64,000 nucleotides of DNA from a virus, in the IMG/VR virus record IMGVR_UViG_3300033153_010610, positions 1 through 64,000 of that record; one strand, given 5' to 3'. A program made the position numbers and the translations under genes. Shown here piece by piece: positions 16,579-25,596 of this stretch. Position 1 is the first letter of the stretch. Every line of letters starts with the position of its first letter. A model generated the notes under the pieces. It had not been told where the DNA came from. It was given only the letters and a program-made list of their open reading frames with translations, and did not search any database.

Positions 16579-17437
16579 GATAACGAACGAGGAGACGCCG
16601 ATAGTGGAGATGACCCCGATGGAGGAGATCCGGGACCGTCTAAACTACTTGAATATCCAAGATAGCCCAGGAGTGCCGCGGGAGCTTCTTACCGCGATTG
16701 GGTTGCTGACCAGCGAAGTGGAGCGGTGGATGGGAATCACGGTCGGTGCTCCGCCCCCGCGTGACCTCCGGGTGTCTTTCTGGGTGACCCCGGCCACTCA
16801 CGAGGAGGTCGTGAAGGACGTGAAGCGTTTGGAAGCCGAGCTCGCTGAAGCCAAAGGCGGCCCCAATTGGATGGAGCGCGACAACCTCCAAGCCAAACTG
16901 TCCTCGGCGATGGCAGAGTTGTCCAAACTGCGGGAGGAGAACCGCGCGTTGGTGGTCGAGGTCGACCGCCTTCGAGAGGCCGGCAGCCGACTCAAAGAAG
17001 ACCGGCTCAAGTTCCTGCAGGAGGCCAGTCGTCTCCGAAAGCAGGGCAAGGACAACTTCGAGTACACCAGAGAATTGGAGTCTCGGTGTGCAACTCAAGG
17101 CCAGGAGTTACTCGACCTCAAACATGATCTGCCAGTCATGCACCGCAAGTTGAAGGAGGCCGAGGCGTACATCAAGGACCTCGAAGATGAGGGCGCCGAC
17201 CGCCAGGCCGAGATCGAACGTCTTGGTGCTCCACTGCATTACGCCCTTGAGATTCAGCAATTGGAGAAGTGTCTGGCCGAGGCTGAGGCCAAGACGGAGG
17301 AGGTGAGGTCCGCATACAATCGGGTGTTCTGGACTCATCAACGGGAATTCGACGCCTACAAGGAAAAGCTGGCGGTACTGCAGCAAACTCTCGACGAGAC
17401 TGGTTTCACGCGCCCGTCGGAGGAGGAGGATGAGTGA
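16571..17437 (+). CDS. Coiled-coil protein
   Basis: 288 aa, heptad-rich. Confidence 0.8.
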   Translation: MSEITNEETPIVEMTPMEEIRDRLNYLNIQDSPGVPRELLTAIGLLTSEVERWMGITVGAPPPRDLRVSFWVTPATHEEVVKDVKRLEAELAEAKGGPNWMERDNLQAKLSSAMAELSKLREENRALVVEVDRLREAGSRLKEDRLKFLQEASRLRKQGKDNFEYTRELESRCATQGQELLDLKHDLPVMHRKLKEAEAYIKDLEDEGADRQAEIERLGAPLHYALEIQQLEKCLAEAEAKTEEVRSAYNRVFWTHQREFDAYKEKLAVLQQTLDETGFTRPSEEEDE

Positions 17438-17663
17438 CTACCACCACTACACGTGCTGGGTGAATGGCGACCGGGAGTCCGCAGGATACGTGGAGGCTGA
17501 AGGTCCTGACCAAGCCGCCATCATCTTTGGCGCGGACGCCCTCCAGAAGGCTCGAGGTGAGGAGGATGAGATTGTGATTTGCGTTCGGCACGACGAGGTC
17601 GTCCGGTGGACGAAGTGGCTGGTCAAGTCCTACACAGACTGGTCGGCGATGGAGGTGGACTGA
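17430..17663 (+). CDS. Hypothetical protein
   Basis: GGAGGAGG RBS. Confidence 0.75.
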   Translation: MSDYHHYTCWVNGDRESAGYVEAEGPDQAAIIFGADALQKARGEEDEIVICVRHDEVVRWTKWLVKSYTDWSAMEVD

Positions 17664-17854
17664 TGGCTGACCTGTCGATGAGCGACACGTACGCCTACCT
17701 GGGCGCCTACGCTAACGGTCTCCGGTGTCCGTCCTGCGGAAAGTACATCCGCGACGACCAGATACGCGCTGGGGGGTCCACGGTTCGTTTCGCAGACGCG
17801 CTGGTGTTGATGAGCCCTGGGTGCATCCATTGCCGTCCAGACAAGGAGGAGTGA
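17663..17854 (+). CDS. Small zinc-finger protein, copy 1
   Basis: CPSC...CIHC; near-identical paralog at 19520-19711. Confidence 0.85.
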   Translation: MADLSMSDTYAYLGAYANGLRCPSCGKYIRDDQIRAGGSTVRFADALVLMSPGCIHCRPDKEE

Positions 17855-18963
17855 TGGGGAATTCTAAACGCTTGCGTATTCCGCGTGGGGTCCAGTTGCA
17901 GGTACCGACGCTCGAGCAGTGTCGGGCTGAAGTGGCCGCCAAGCGCGTCACCGAACGACGTGATGGCCCGCACTCCATCTTCAACTACCGAGCGTGCGTC
18001 CACTACGACGACTCGCTCTGGAACCCGATTAACAGGGCATGCCGCGGACTCATCTTTGACGTCGTGTCTGAGAAGCCGGTGGCGGTGCCGTTCCCGAAGT
18101 TCTTCAATGTCGGACAGATGCCTGAATCGTCGCCAGAGCGTCTTGCAGGGCTTGAGCTCATCCACGCATCCCACAAGTTCGACGGCTGCCTCGGGATTGT
18201 CTGGTGGGACTCCTACAGGGGGAAGGCCCGTCTGGTGACCCGCGGTACCTTCGACTCGGTGCAGGGGAAGGCTGGAGACGAGATGCTCAAAGGGGTCATG
18301 TCTCTTCGGGAAACCCCTGACCTCTTAAAAATAGCCCTGAAGCAGGGATTCACCTTTCTCTGCGAGATCATCGACCCCGCGACCAAGGTGGTGGTGAACT
18401 ACGACTACGAGGCCCTGGTCGGGATAGCCCGAGTGAGCCCCGACCATGTGTTGGACTTCCACCTGTCCGACTGGCCTGCCACCTGGCCGATAGCCATGTA
18501 CAACGGCCTCTCGGTAGAGGACTCGTTGAAGTTGGCTACAGAGGTGAAGTCCCAAGAGGGTTGGGTGTTCGCGTTCTCGGACGGAACAATGGTGAAGGTG
18601 AAGACCGACGAGTATCGGAAGCTCCACCGTCTCGTCGCCGGGGTCAACAAGCGCCGGGTCTGGGAAGTGCTGCGTGATGGCGGCACCATCGAGGAGGACT
18701 GGGCCGGTCTCCCGGACGAGTACATGGAGGAGGCCAAGGCCTGGGAGTTGGAACTGAACAAGGCCCACGCTAAGGAGAAGATGGCCTTTTACGGTGCCAT
18801 CCGAGCGCCCGAACCATTCTGGACCCGGAAGGATGCCGCTCTCTGGGCCAAGAAGAATCTCCCCGCGAAGTGGCTGCACTGGTACTTCGCGGACCTCAGC
18901 GGCAAGCCCGTCGCCCCGTTTGTTTGGGAACACCTCAAACCGCCCGCGGAGAAGACATCATGA
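17854..18963 (+). CDS. T4 Rnl1-like RNA ligase
   Basis: CRGLIFD, PFPKFFN, KFDG (motif I), TRGTF, FLCEI, EGWVF (motif IV), VKVK (motif V). Confidence 0.9.
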   Translation: MGNSKRLRIPRGVQLQVPTLEQCRAEVAAKRVTERRDGPHSIFNYRACVHYDDSLWNPINRACRGLIFDVVSEKPVAVPFPKFFNVGQMPESSPERLAGLELIHASHKFDGCLGIVWWDSYRGKARLVTRGTFDSVQGKAGDEMLKGVMSLRETPDLLKIALKQGFTFLCEIIDPATKVVVNYDYEALVGIARVSPDHVLDFHLSDWPATWPIAMYNGLSVEDSLKLATEVKSQEGWVFAFSDGTMVKVKTDEYRKLHRLVAGVNKRRVWEVLRDGGTIEEDWAGLPDEYMEEAKAWELELNKAHAKEKMAFYGAIRAPEPFWTRKDAALWAKKNLPAKWLHWYFADLSGKPVAPFVWEHLKPPAEKTS

Positions 18964-19523
18964 AGAGTGAGCATTACCGCGGGACAATATTTTTGAAGCG
19001 GTGTGGTCTCGAGCACCAGGTCGACCCGGACGGTGTGGACTTCGAGCCGTTCTTGAAGCACGGGTTCCTGCAGACAGACTGGAAGCCTCGGATTCGGAAC
19101 GTGGTTGGTTCGCCGGTGTCGTTCGAGAGGGTCGAGGGTGGATGGGAGTTGGAGGTGAAGGTCTTCAGTCCCGTCCTGCTCGAGGTCGAAGAGTTCGGGG
19201 TATCGATCAGCGGCGTGTTGCGTGACGGCAAGATCGAGGTGGACACGTTGGTGTGCGACGAGGGCAGTCGGAACCGGCTGAAGCGGATGGAGCCAGAGCC
19301 GGTGGCGATGCTGACGACGACCCTGTCACAGTACGAGATCCGGCAGTTGGAGATGGGTGTCAACTCCTACCTCTACAAAGTAGCCGACAACCGTGCTGAC
19401 TTCGGTTACCGATTCTATGCGTATGGGCCTGAGGGAAGTACTCCCACTGAGGCCCGTGAGCTTCTGGTGACCCATTTACGTCAGGCCCTCCAAGCGCTTC
19501 TCGTCGAGAAGGAGGACACATGA
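18960..19523 (+). CDS. Hypothetical protein
   Basis: ATGA overlap with the ligase gene. Confidence 0.75.
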   Translation: MKSEHYRGTIFLKRCGLEHQVDPDGVDFEPFLKHGFLQTDWKPRIRNVVGSPVSFERVEGGWELEVKVFSPVLLEVEEFGVSISGVLRDGKIEVDTLVCDEGSRNRLKRMEPEPVAMLTTTLSQYEIRQLEMGVNSYLYKVADNRADFGYRFYAYGPEGSTPTEARELLVTHLRQALQALLVEKEDT

Positions 19524-19711
19524 CTCAACTCTCAATGAGCGACACGTACGCTTACCTGGGCGCCTACGCCAACGGTCTTCGGTGTCCGTCATGTGGGAAG
19601 TACATCCGCGACGACCAGATACGTGCTGGCGGGTCCACGGTTCGATTCGCTGACGCGTTGGTGCTGATGAGCCCTGGGTGTGTGCGGTGCCGTCCCGACA
19701 AGGAGGAGTGA
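19520..19711 (+). CDS. Small zinc-finger protein, copy 2
   Basis: CPSC...CVRC. Confidence 0.85.
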   Translation: MTQLSMSDTYAYLGAYANGLRCPSCGKYIRDDQIRAGGSTVRFADALVLMSPGCVRCRPDKEE

Positions 19712-19938
19712 TGGGCTGGTTTGAAGAAGCTCGGAAGTATAATGAAGCCCTCGGGCTCTCCAAGGCAGAGATTCAGAAAATCGATGACCTGACCGGGAAT
19801 GCCCGCCCGGGAGGTGGGTTTGGATACGACACTGTCGAGTCCATCTACCTGTGGCAGGAAACCGAGGATGGGATTGAAGCCACGGGCAAGTTGGACCCAG
19901 AGACGTACTCGCGGATGAAGAAGGAGTGGGAAGCGTGA
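19711..19938 (+). CDS. Stand-alone peptidoglycan-binding domain protein (PG_binding_1-like)
   Basis: GGFGYDTVESIYLWQ...GIEATGKLDPET pattern. Confidence 0.65.
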   Translation: MGWFEEARKYNEALGLSKAEIQKIDDLTGNARPGGGFGYDTVESIYLWQETEDGIEATGKLDPETYSRMKKEWEA

Positions 19939-20111
19939 TGTTCGAGGAAGAGACGAGGTACGAGACAAAGCACGTCGTGCTCGACTGGAATGGGTCTCGT
20001 TGGATTAAGACCAGTCAGACTGAGGGGTACATCACCGTGAGGCTCATCCCAGTGGAGTCCCGCCGAAGACCGTGTCCCACCAACAAGCCATGTCAAACTT
20101 TCCACTGCTGA
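19938..20111 (+). CDS. Small hypothetical protein
   Basis: TGATG coupling; 3' end overlaps the convergent amidase gene. Confidence 0.4.
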   Translation: MFEEETRYETKHVVLDWNGSRWIKTSQTEGYITVRLIPVESRRRPCPTNKPCQTFHC

Positions 20112-21009
20112 TGTGGTGGTGCCCGACGACGCCCGAGAAGTGGCCGTCGTTCAGGGTGCTCTTGTCGAAGACGCCATGCCAGACCTTGCCTTCCTGAGAC
20201 AGACCGTTGGCACCTCGAGGAGCTCGCGCTGGGATGTCGAGGACATGGCAGAGTTCCATCACCAGGTCTCGTGTATGACGAGCCGTCTGGGGGTCAAGTG
20301 AGAGGACCTCGTCGCGACCGCGATCGGTTGGGTTCTTGATCTTCTCTACCTTGTAGCCGGGGCTTTGGTAGTAGTCGTAGTAGTCCCATGTCGGCTGCTG
20401 ACAGATGTCGATGCCAACGGCGTACTTGTTGACGTATCCGGCGTGCCAGGCGCGATGCTGCAGGTCCAGCATCTGGAAGGCACCGTGCGGGTCGACGCCG
20501 AAGTGGGTCGAGAGGTCGCGACTGGGGTTGTCGAAGTAGTTGAAGAGGTTTTTGACGTTCGAGCCGCCCCAGTGGATGACGATGATGCGGATGTCGGACT
20601 TCCGCTTGCTGAAGTTGCCGGCGGGGTGCAGGTCGAACCCAGACGACGGGTCATCCCATCCGAGGATGTGAGGCGCTGCAGTGGGGTATCTACGACCGTT
20701 CCAGGTGATGTAGAACTCGTTCTCTGTGACAGGGTCGAACTTCTGAAGCACCTTGGTCCAGGTACCAGAGCCCATCTTGCCATCGTGCTCTGAGGTGTCC
20801 TCGAAGGTGTTGATTTGGAACAACAGCGTCTCTTGAGCGAATCGCTCCTGCTCTTCGAGACTGCCATCTACGGCGTCATGCCGCCAGCACGGGTGCACGT
20901 TCAGGGCTGCCTCTGGGATGGCGTTGTACCACCCGATGGACTTGGCCTTCCTCTGGTTGTAGTCGACAGCAGATGCGAGGTCGAATCCGTAAGGTGTTGG
21001 GTCGCTCAT
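20044..21009 (-). CDS. N-acetylmuramoyl-L-alanine amidase (Amidase_2), probable endolysin with N-terminal PG-binding-like region
   Basis: IVIHWG, STHFGVD, AWHAG..N..AVGID, VVGHHH..KFD; N-terminal FQ...HDGKMGSGTW. Confidence 0.85.
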   Translation of the reverse strand: MSDPTPYGFDLASAVDYNQRKAKSIGWYNAIPEAALNVHPCWRHDAVDGSLEEQERFAQETLLFQINTFEDTSEHDGKMGSGTWTKVLQKFDPVTENEFYITWNGRRYPTAAPHILGWDDPSSGFDLHPAGNFSKRKSDIRIIVIHWGGSNVKNLFNYFDNPSRDLSTHFGVDPHGAFQMLDLQHRAWHAGYVNKYAVGIDICQQPTWDYYDYYQSPGYKVEKIKNPTDRGRDEVLSLDPQTARHTRDLVMELCHVLDIPARAPRGANGLSQEGKVWHGVFDKSTLNDGHFSGVVGHHHISSGKFDMACWWDTVFGGTPLG

Positions 21010-21281
21010 GTGTTCTCCTTGCCATTGTGAAAAGTTAGGCCACCGTAACTCACGATGCGTGTGACTCGGAGCATCGCCCCAGATGGGATGTCGCACTCGA
21101 CCCGGACCTCTTCCTCATCTAGGAAGGCTTGTTTGATATGCCGTTTCAGGTGGGTCAGGTCGTGTCCGTGGATGCTCGCATGGAAGCAACAGGTGTTGTC
21201 CAAAACTCCGCCCCGGATGTCGAACGTCCATTTATCGAGGTCGAGGCGCCGGACCTTTCCATTTATCGTGATCGAGTTCAT
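21006..21281 (-). CDS. Hypothetical protein
   Basis: ATGA overlaps. Confidence 0.7.
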   Translation of the reverse strand: MNSITINGKVRRLDLDKWTFDIRGGVLDNTCCFHASIHGHDLTHLKRHIKQAFLDEEEVRVECDIPSGAMLRVTRIVSYGGLTFHNGKENT

Positions 21282-22045
21282 GACGCCATCATCGGGTTGA
21301 GTATGTTCAAGACGTCTGCCTTGGTGATGCTCGTGACGCCAGCGGTGCCTCTAGTTGGTTTCGTTGGCAAATACTCAGTTTCCTGAGTGAGCTCGGTGTT
21401 GAGCACAGCAATGATGTCTTTGAGCCGTGTCTTTGGGCCCCAGGTCATGGTGACCTTCCTGGGCTGCGGGAACAGTTCGATGTTGTCTTCAGACTTCTTT
21501 GACAAGTTCATCCAGGTACGGATCCAGATGGTGACCTGGTCGCCGTCAAAGTGAATGCCGCCACAACGCTTGAAGTAGTCGGCCTGGTCGTTCCATCGTT
21601 CCAGGAAGGCCAGACCACAGAAGCGATAGACACGCCGCTGATGCCCCGTGTAGAGGAGCGCAGGCGACATGAAGCGTAGCACCAGGAGTTCCTCGTTGGA
21701 TATGCGGCACCGATCTTTCCCACCCAGTTCTGTCACGTGGAAGATGGGGTCCCCTCCGAGTTGTTGATCGGTGCGCTGATAGACGCTTATCCCCCATTTA
21801 TGACTGGAATTGCTCTGACAGCGCACCACATCCCCTTGCTTCAGAGGGAGCCCAATCCCGGCCGCGACGTCTCGATAGACCCATTGTGGTTTGAGGTCCC
21901 CAAATCGCTCGATGAGCCTGTGCCTCTGTGGTCCCCACTTCTCACTGATGATGGTGATCTCTTGGCGACCGTCCCAGGGAGAGGCCGCAGTCTCGATGGC
22001 GATGTTCTTCAGGACTCGCGCTTTGTCCGTTTCTTTGGTGAGCAT
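21278..22045 (-). CDS. Hypothetical protein
   Basis: GAGGAGAAACACAC-ATG RBS. Confidence 0.8.
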   Translation of the reverse strand: MLTKETDKARVLKNIAIETAASPWDGRQEITIISEKWGPQRHRLIERFGDLKPQWVYRDVAAGIGLPLKQGDVVRCQSNSSHKWGISVYQRTDQQLGGDPIFHVTELGGKDRCRISNEELLVLRFMSPALLYTGHQRRVYRFCGLAFLERWNDQADYFKRCGGIHFDGDQVTIWIRTWMNLSKKSEDNIELFPQPRKVTMTWGPKTRLKDIIAVLNTELTQETEYLPTKPTRGTAGVTSITKADVLNILNPMMAS

Positions 22046-22091
22046 GTGTGTTTCTCCTCAGGTCAGGGCTCGTGGTGCCGAGTGTCGATGA

Positions 22092-22283
22092 TCATGGAAT
22101 GAGTTCTGTGTTCTTCTGGGCTAACTCCTGGCCCAATTTCAGGCACTGAGCCAGCAAAGACGATATGTCATCAGCGACAGCCTGTACGTCATCGTCGGAC
22201 CAGCGGACCCAGGTCCCTTCTCGAAGGTCCTTAATGGCGTTGGCGAGACAGTAGTCTGTCAAGTCAGGAGTGGTTCGTGTCAT
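22092..22283 (-). CDS. Hypothetical protein
   Basis: GGAGG RBS; ATGA overlap. Confidence 0.6.
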   Translation of the reverse strand: MTRTTPDLTDYCLANAIKDLREGTWVRWSDDDVQAVADDISSLLAQCLKLGQELAQKNTELIP

Positions 22284-22561
22284 GGTCCTCCCAGGCTTGT
22301 TCCTTGTCCCCTTAAAGTCCCTGCGTCGAATCGTTCCTTCCAAACCTCTTGTGGGTCGATATCCCGTTCATCCGCCTCCTCAATGATATTCCGGGCATCC
22401 TCGGTCGTCATGCCCCAGAAGCCAGCCATGCCAGAAATGAAACCGAATCGTTCCGACTTTCGCTGCTCATCGACCCGGCCTACGAGAACCTCGAGGCTGG
22501 CGTTGATGTTGTGGAGTTGGTCGAGCATCTCGCGGAACATAGCTAGTTCTGGTGCGGTCAT
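22280..22561 (-). CDS. Hypothetical protein
   Basis: AAGGAGG RBS. Confidence 0.75.
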   Translation of the reverse strand: MTAPELAMFREMLDQLHNINASLEVLVGRVDEQRKSERFGFISGMAGFWGMTTEDARNIIEEADERDIDPQEVWKERFDAGTLRGQGTSLGGP

Positions 22562-22720
22562 TCTAGGTCCTCCTTACATGCGGATTAGGAAAGCGCCCTC
22601 GCCAAGTGTCCATCGATACCACTTCCCGGGCCACCCCATATGGAACTCGCCGGCTGTTGTGATCCACAGCGCGAATGTCAGAGTGCGCAGGAACTCGTAA
22701 AATGCGTTCCAGGCTGTCAT

Positions 22721-22981
22721 TCAGCGGACCTCGACCATCACGAGGAGCTTCAACTCAAGGGAGGCCTCCTCGTCGCAGTCGACGCAATCGACGATATGCT
22801 GTTCCCAATCATTGACCATCGGGTGGCTGAGGTCGTCCCCGTCGAGGTGCCAGGTCTGTGGCACATAGCAATACGGGCAGGTCCACTTGACCTTGTGAGG
22901 TAGATTGAGCCGTTTTATTTCGAGGTCAAAGCCCGGTGGTGTGTGGTCGTGGATGACAGAGATGTCTGTAGCGTCTTTCAT
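22721..22981 (-). CDS. Zn-ribbon protein
   Basis: CPYC...CVDC. Confidence 0.75.
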   Translation of the reverse strand: MKDATDISVIHDHTPPGFDLEIKRLNLPHKVKWTCPYCYVPQTWHLDGDDLSHPMVNDWEQHIVDCVDCDEEASLELKLLVMVEVR

Positions 22982-23319
22982 ATGTCCTCCTCACAGATGT
23001 CGCATCTCCGGTGCCCGTGCACACAGACCCCAGAGGCCTTGAAGACTGGTTGGATCTGTTCCTGTCGGGTGGGGGTTCTCAGCCCAGCTTGCAGACGCTC
23101 GACCTCGGCCACCAACCAGTCGATAGCCGGGACCATCTTCTCGTAGGCAAAATCAACTAGGTCGGCCGCCCCGCGGAGGTTTCCGGAAAAGCGACAGAAG
23201 GCAGGGTGCCCGTCTTCGTCTCTTTCCCGTCGTTCGGCTTCGACCACCAGTATCTCGCGGACGAACTCTCGATCAGCGACCAACGGGAGACGTAGTGCTT
23301 TGACTTCCTCGAGTGTCAT
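22978..23319 (-). CDS. Hypothetical protein
   Basis: GGAGG RBS; C-terminal CxH..CxxC. Confidence 0.7.
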   Translation of the reverse strand: MTLEEVKALRLPLVADREFVREILVVEAERRERDEDGHPAFCRFSGNLRGAADLVDFAYEKMVPAIDWLVAEVERLQAGLRTPTRQEQIQPVFKASGVCVHGHRRCDICEEDI

Positions 23320-23648
23320 GCTGCCTCCTGCAGGTCGGCCCCCGAGAGGAAGGCCAGAGCAGCCACATCCGGTGGCACCTTCCCAAAGAGGTCTTCGTAG
23401 GTCTCCCCACAATCGAGTTGGAGGTCGATACAGGCATCGTTCCCGTGTACGTCCACGAGCTCCTGGAAGATCTGGTAGCAGCGCAGGCAGTGCTTGATTC
23501 GCCACCACTCGCCGTCCCACAGGCCCTCATGAGCGACGTACTTGTGCCCTGGCTGTATGCTCTCCTGACAGGCTCCACACACGTGGTGGATACGAGCCTT
23601 ACGGTTGTGCAGCATGTAGACGTCTGGCCTGTCGGCGGGGTCACACAT
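23316..23648 (-). CDS. Zn-binding phage protein
   Basis: RKARIHHVCGACQESI.PG..Y...HCLRC motif. Confidence 0.8.
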   Translation of the reverse strand: MCDPADRPDVYMLHNRKARIHHVCGACQESIQPGHKYVAHEGLWDGEWWRIKHCLRCYQIFQELVDVHGNDACIDLQLDCGETYEDLFGKVPPDVAALAFLSGADLQEAA

Positions 23649-23952
23649 CGGCTGTCTCCCCAAAGAGGTCGATAGTGCGCGTGCAGCGCTCTGGATCTGG
23701 CGGGAACAGTTCATCTGCCCACTCTTGGACGGTCCGGTCTACGCCGGACTCGATAGCCTTGTCTGAGGCGTAGAGAATTGTGTCCATGTCCCATCCGCTT
23801 GGGAGAGAATGCTTTGGCTTCCACTCGAAGGCAGTGGCGCAGTCCCGAGGCCCCCCGTCATCCACGATGGAACTCGCGGACTCGCATGCTTCCGATTCAT
23901 CCTCAGCAACGACAAGGCCTTGAACCTCAATAGTTACAGTCCAGATCTTCAT
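23641..23952 (-). CDS. Hypothetical protein
   Basis: AGGAGAAACACAC-ATG RBS. Confidence 0.75.
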   Translation of the reverse strand: MKIWTVTIEVQGLVVAEDESEACESASSIVDDGGPRDCATAFEWKPKHSLPSGWDMDTILYASDKAIESGVDRTVQEWADELFPPDPERCTRTIDLFGETADV

Positions 23953-23963
23953 GTGTGTTTCTC

Positions 23964-24386
23964 CTATCGAAGGGGCTGGTAGTGGATCTCCCCTCGGGAG
24001 TCTTTGCGAACCTGGATGACCATTAGGTCCAAACTCCGGGCGATTTGGGTACAACTAGCAGTCCCGCGTCCACCCGGGAACGCGATGACGCACTCTGGTT
24101 TGACCTCGAGTAGCATTGCCTTGTTGCGTCGAGGCCCCGCCCTCTTCCCATGTTCACGCCAGTCCGCCCTGGTCACGGGGAAAGCCTGCGTGGGGATGTG
24201 CATCTGATTGCAGCACTCCTTAGCGAGTGTGTCGAGTCCAGTAGCGTCGCCGTGCCCGAGCAGAGAGATGCCACGGCTCTCCGCAATCCGCTGGATGACA
24301 GACCAAGCAAAGTCCTTGTCGTCGAAGTCACGCCCACCGGTCACCACGACCTTGATGGGCTTTTTGAGTTTCACGTCAGTCATCAC
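23964..24386 (-). CDS. SLOG-family protein (YspA/DUF2493-like)
   Basis: VVVTGGRDF, HGDATGLD, DW..HGKRAGPRRN..ML, IAFPGGRGT. Confidence 0.9.
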   Translation of the reverse strand: MMTDVKLKKPIKVVVTGGRDFDDKDFAWSVIQRIAESRGISLLGHGDATGLDTLAKECCNQMHIPTQAFPVTRADWREHGKRAGPRRNKAMLLEVKPECVIAFPGGRGTASCTQIARSLDLMVIQVRKDSRGEIHYQPLR

Positions 24387-24741
24387 CAGTCCTTAGCAGC
24401 AGGTTCTCGCGTTGATACCAGTCTACGAGCAGTTCGAGGTCGTCTCGGTCGAGGTCTTCCATACCGATGGGCTTGCCCGGTGCCTCCCCTGTCCCATGGC
24501 AGGCAAAGCAGAGAGTTTCTGCCTTCCGGGGGACCAAAGGCATCAGGTGCGTCACCGCAAGTCCGCCAGCTATTCCCTTGCAAAGCACGATAGTTTGCGA
24601 CCCTACGTCCCACGCTTCAGACCGCGTGGTGGTGTCGCAATGGAGTTCACACGGCCGCTCATCTTCCACCGTGTGTCCCCAGTACCTCACCGCCGTGCCT
24701 TTGGGGTACATCTCGTTCCAGAGCTCGGCGGTCAGGTGCAT
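24376..24741 (-). CDS. Hypothetical protein
   Basis: WNEMYPKGTAVRY...TTTRSEAW motif; CxxCxGxG. Confidence 0.75.
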   Translation of the reverse strand: MHLTAELWNEMYPKGTAVRYWGHTVEDERPCELHCDTTTRSEAWDVGSQTIVLCKGIAGGLAVTHLMPLVPRKAETLCFACHGTGEAPGKPIGMEDLDRDDLELLVDWYQRENLLLRTGDD

Positions 24742-25016
24742 GACTTCTCCTCCATCGAGCGAGCGAGCCCGAGGAGCCCGTAGCCAGCGATGTCTCGGAA
24801 GGGGCTTTCGCCTCCAAAGTCCTTGTTGGTGGCAATCCGAACCATCTTGTCGAAGATGCGGACGACCGCGAGCATGTCCCCGTAGGACCCCACAGGTACG
24901 CCGTCCGGCCAGAGGAGTCGCAGGAACTCTCCGCACTTATCAAAACTGCCGCCGTAAGCGTCGTTCTTCTTGTCGACCAGGGCGCCGACCTCTCTGCCGA
25001 GTTGTTCGTATTTCAT
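24732..25016 (-). CDS. Nucleotide-modification-associated domain 1 protein (Nmad1/DUF1599-like)
   Basis: KKNDAYGGSF, RIFDKMVRI, ESPFRDIAGYGLL. Confidence 0.8.
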   Translation of the reverse strand: MKYEQLGREVGALVDKKNDAYGGSFDKCGEFLRLLWPDGVPVGSYGDMLAVVRIFDKMVRIATNKDFGGESPFRDIAGYGLLGLARSMEEKSCT

Positions 25017-25023
25017 TGTGTTC

Positions 25024-25596
25024 CTACCCGAACAAGTCGAGTTGAGTGGGTGGGACGACTTGACTCGCCCAATTTGCCCATGGGTGTTTGAGCCAGACGT
25101 CAGCTCGCCCGGGGTTCTTCTCTAGATGTGTCCAGCCCGCCATCCGGTAACAATGGCCTGGCAGATTACTCTTGGACCGGCCTCGTTTTGTCTTTTCGGT
25201 CGATATGCCGGTGATGAGCCCCTCGACGGGTCCGGCGTAATGAAGTTGCAGGGCAATCCGGGATTCTGGGGAGTTAAGAGCGGAGACAGCTTTCACTATC
25301 AATTCTGACGCGAGGTCAGTCTCCCCGACACGACGAAACATGGTGCACTCGAGGACGCGTAGTCCGTCCTTGCGCTGGGTACCCGGTCGTCCGTCTTCCC
25401 ACTTGGGCCTCCACCAGCAGAAGAGCGCCTCACCTTGTGGGTACTTCGCATACAAGACAAAGTTGTAGCCGGGCCGCGTCCACATAGGATGCCCCGGGGT
25501 CCCCCGTGTGTAGTGCTTGTCCGCAAGCAAACGAGCCCGGAGGTCGCCTTTATGGGTCGAGGCCCACGGGGATGGGATAGGTTCAGACATCCGCAA
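25024..25596 (-). CDS. Putative Mom-like (GNAT-fold) DNA modification protein
   Basis: LADKHY, CTMFRR, ASELI..AV, GLIT, PGHCYRMAGW resemble the Mom-family HY...G.IY.AxGW pattern; next to a methyltransferase. Confidence 0.5.
   Translation of the reverse strand: MRMSEPIPSPWASTHKGDLRARLLADKHYTRGTPGHPMWTRPGYNFVLYAKYPQGEALFCWWRPKWEDGRPGTQRKDGLRVLECTMFRRVGETDLASELIVKAVSALNSPESRIALQLHYAGPVEGLITGISTEKTKRGRSKSNLPGHCYRMAGWTHLEKNPGRADVWLKHPWANWASQVVPPTQLDLFG

Noticed and set aside
18960-19523. Faint resemblance to HK97-type prohead protease (D.DG..F, GVSISG)
   Set aside because: Too few residues to support by eye, and a clear protease gene exists at 43404
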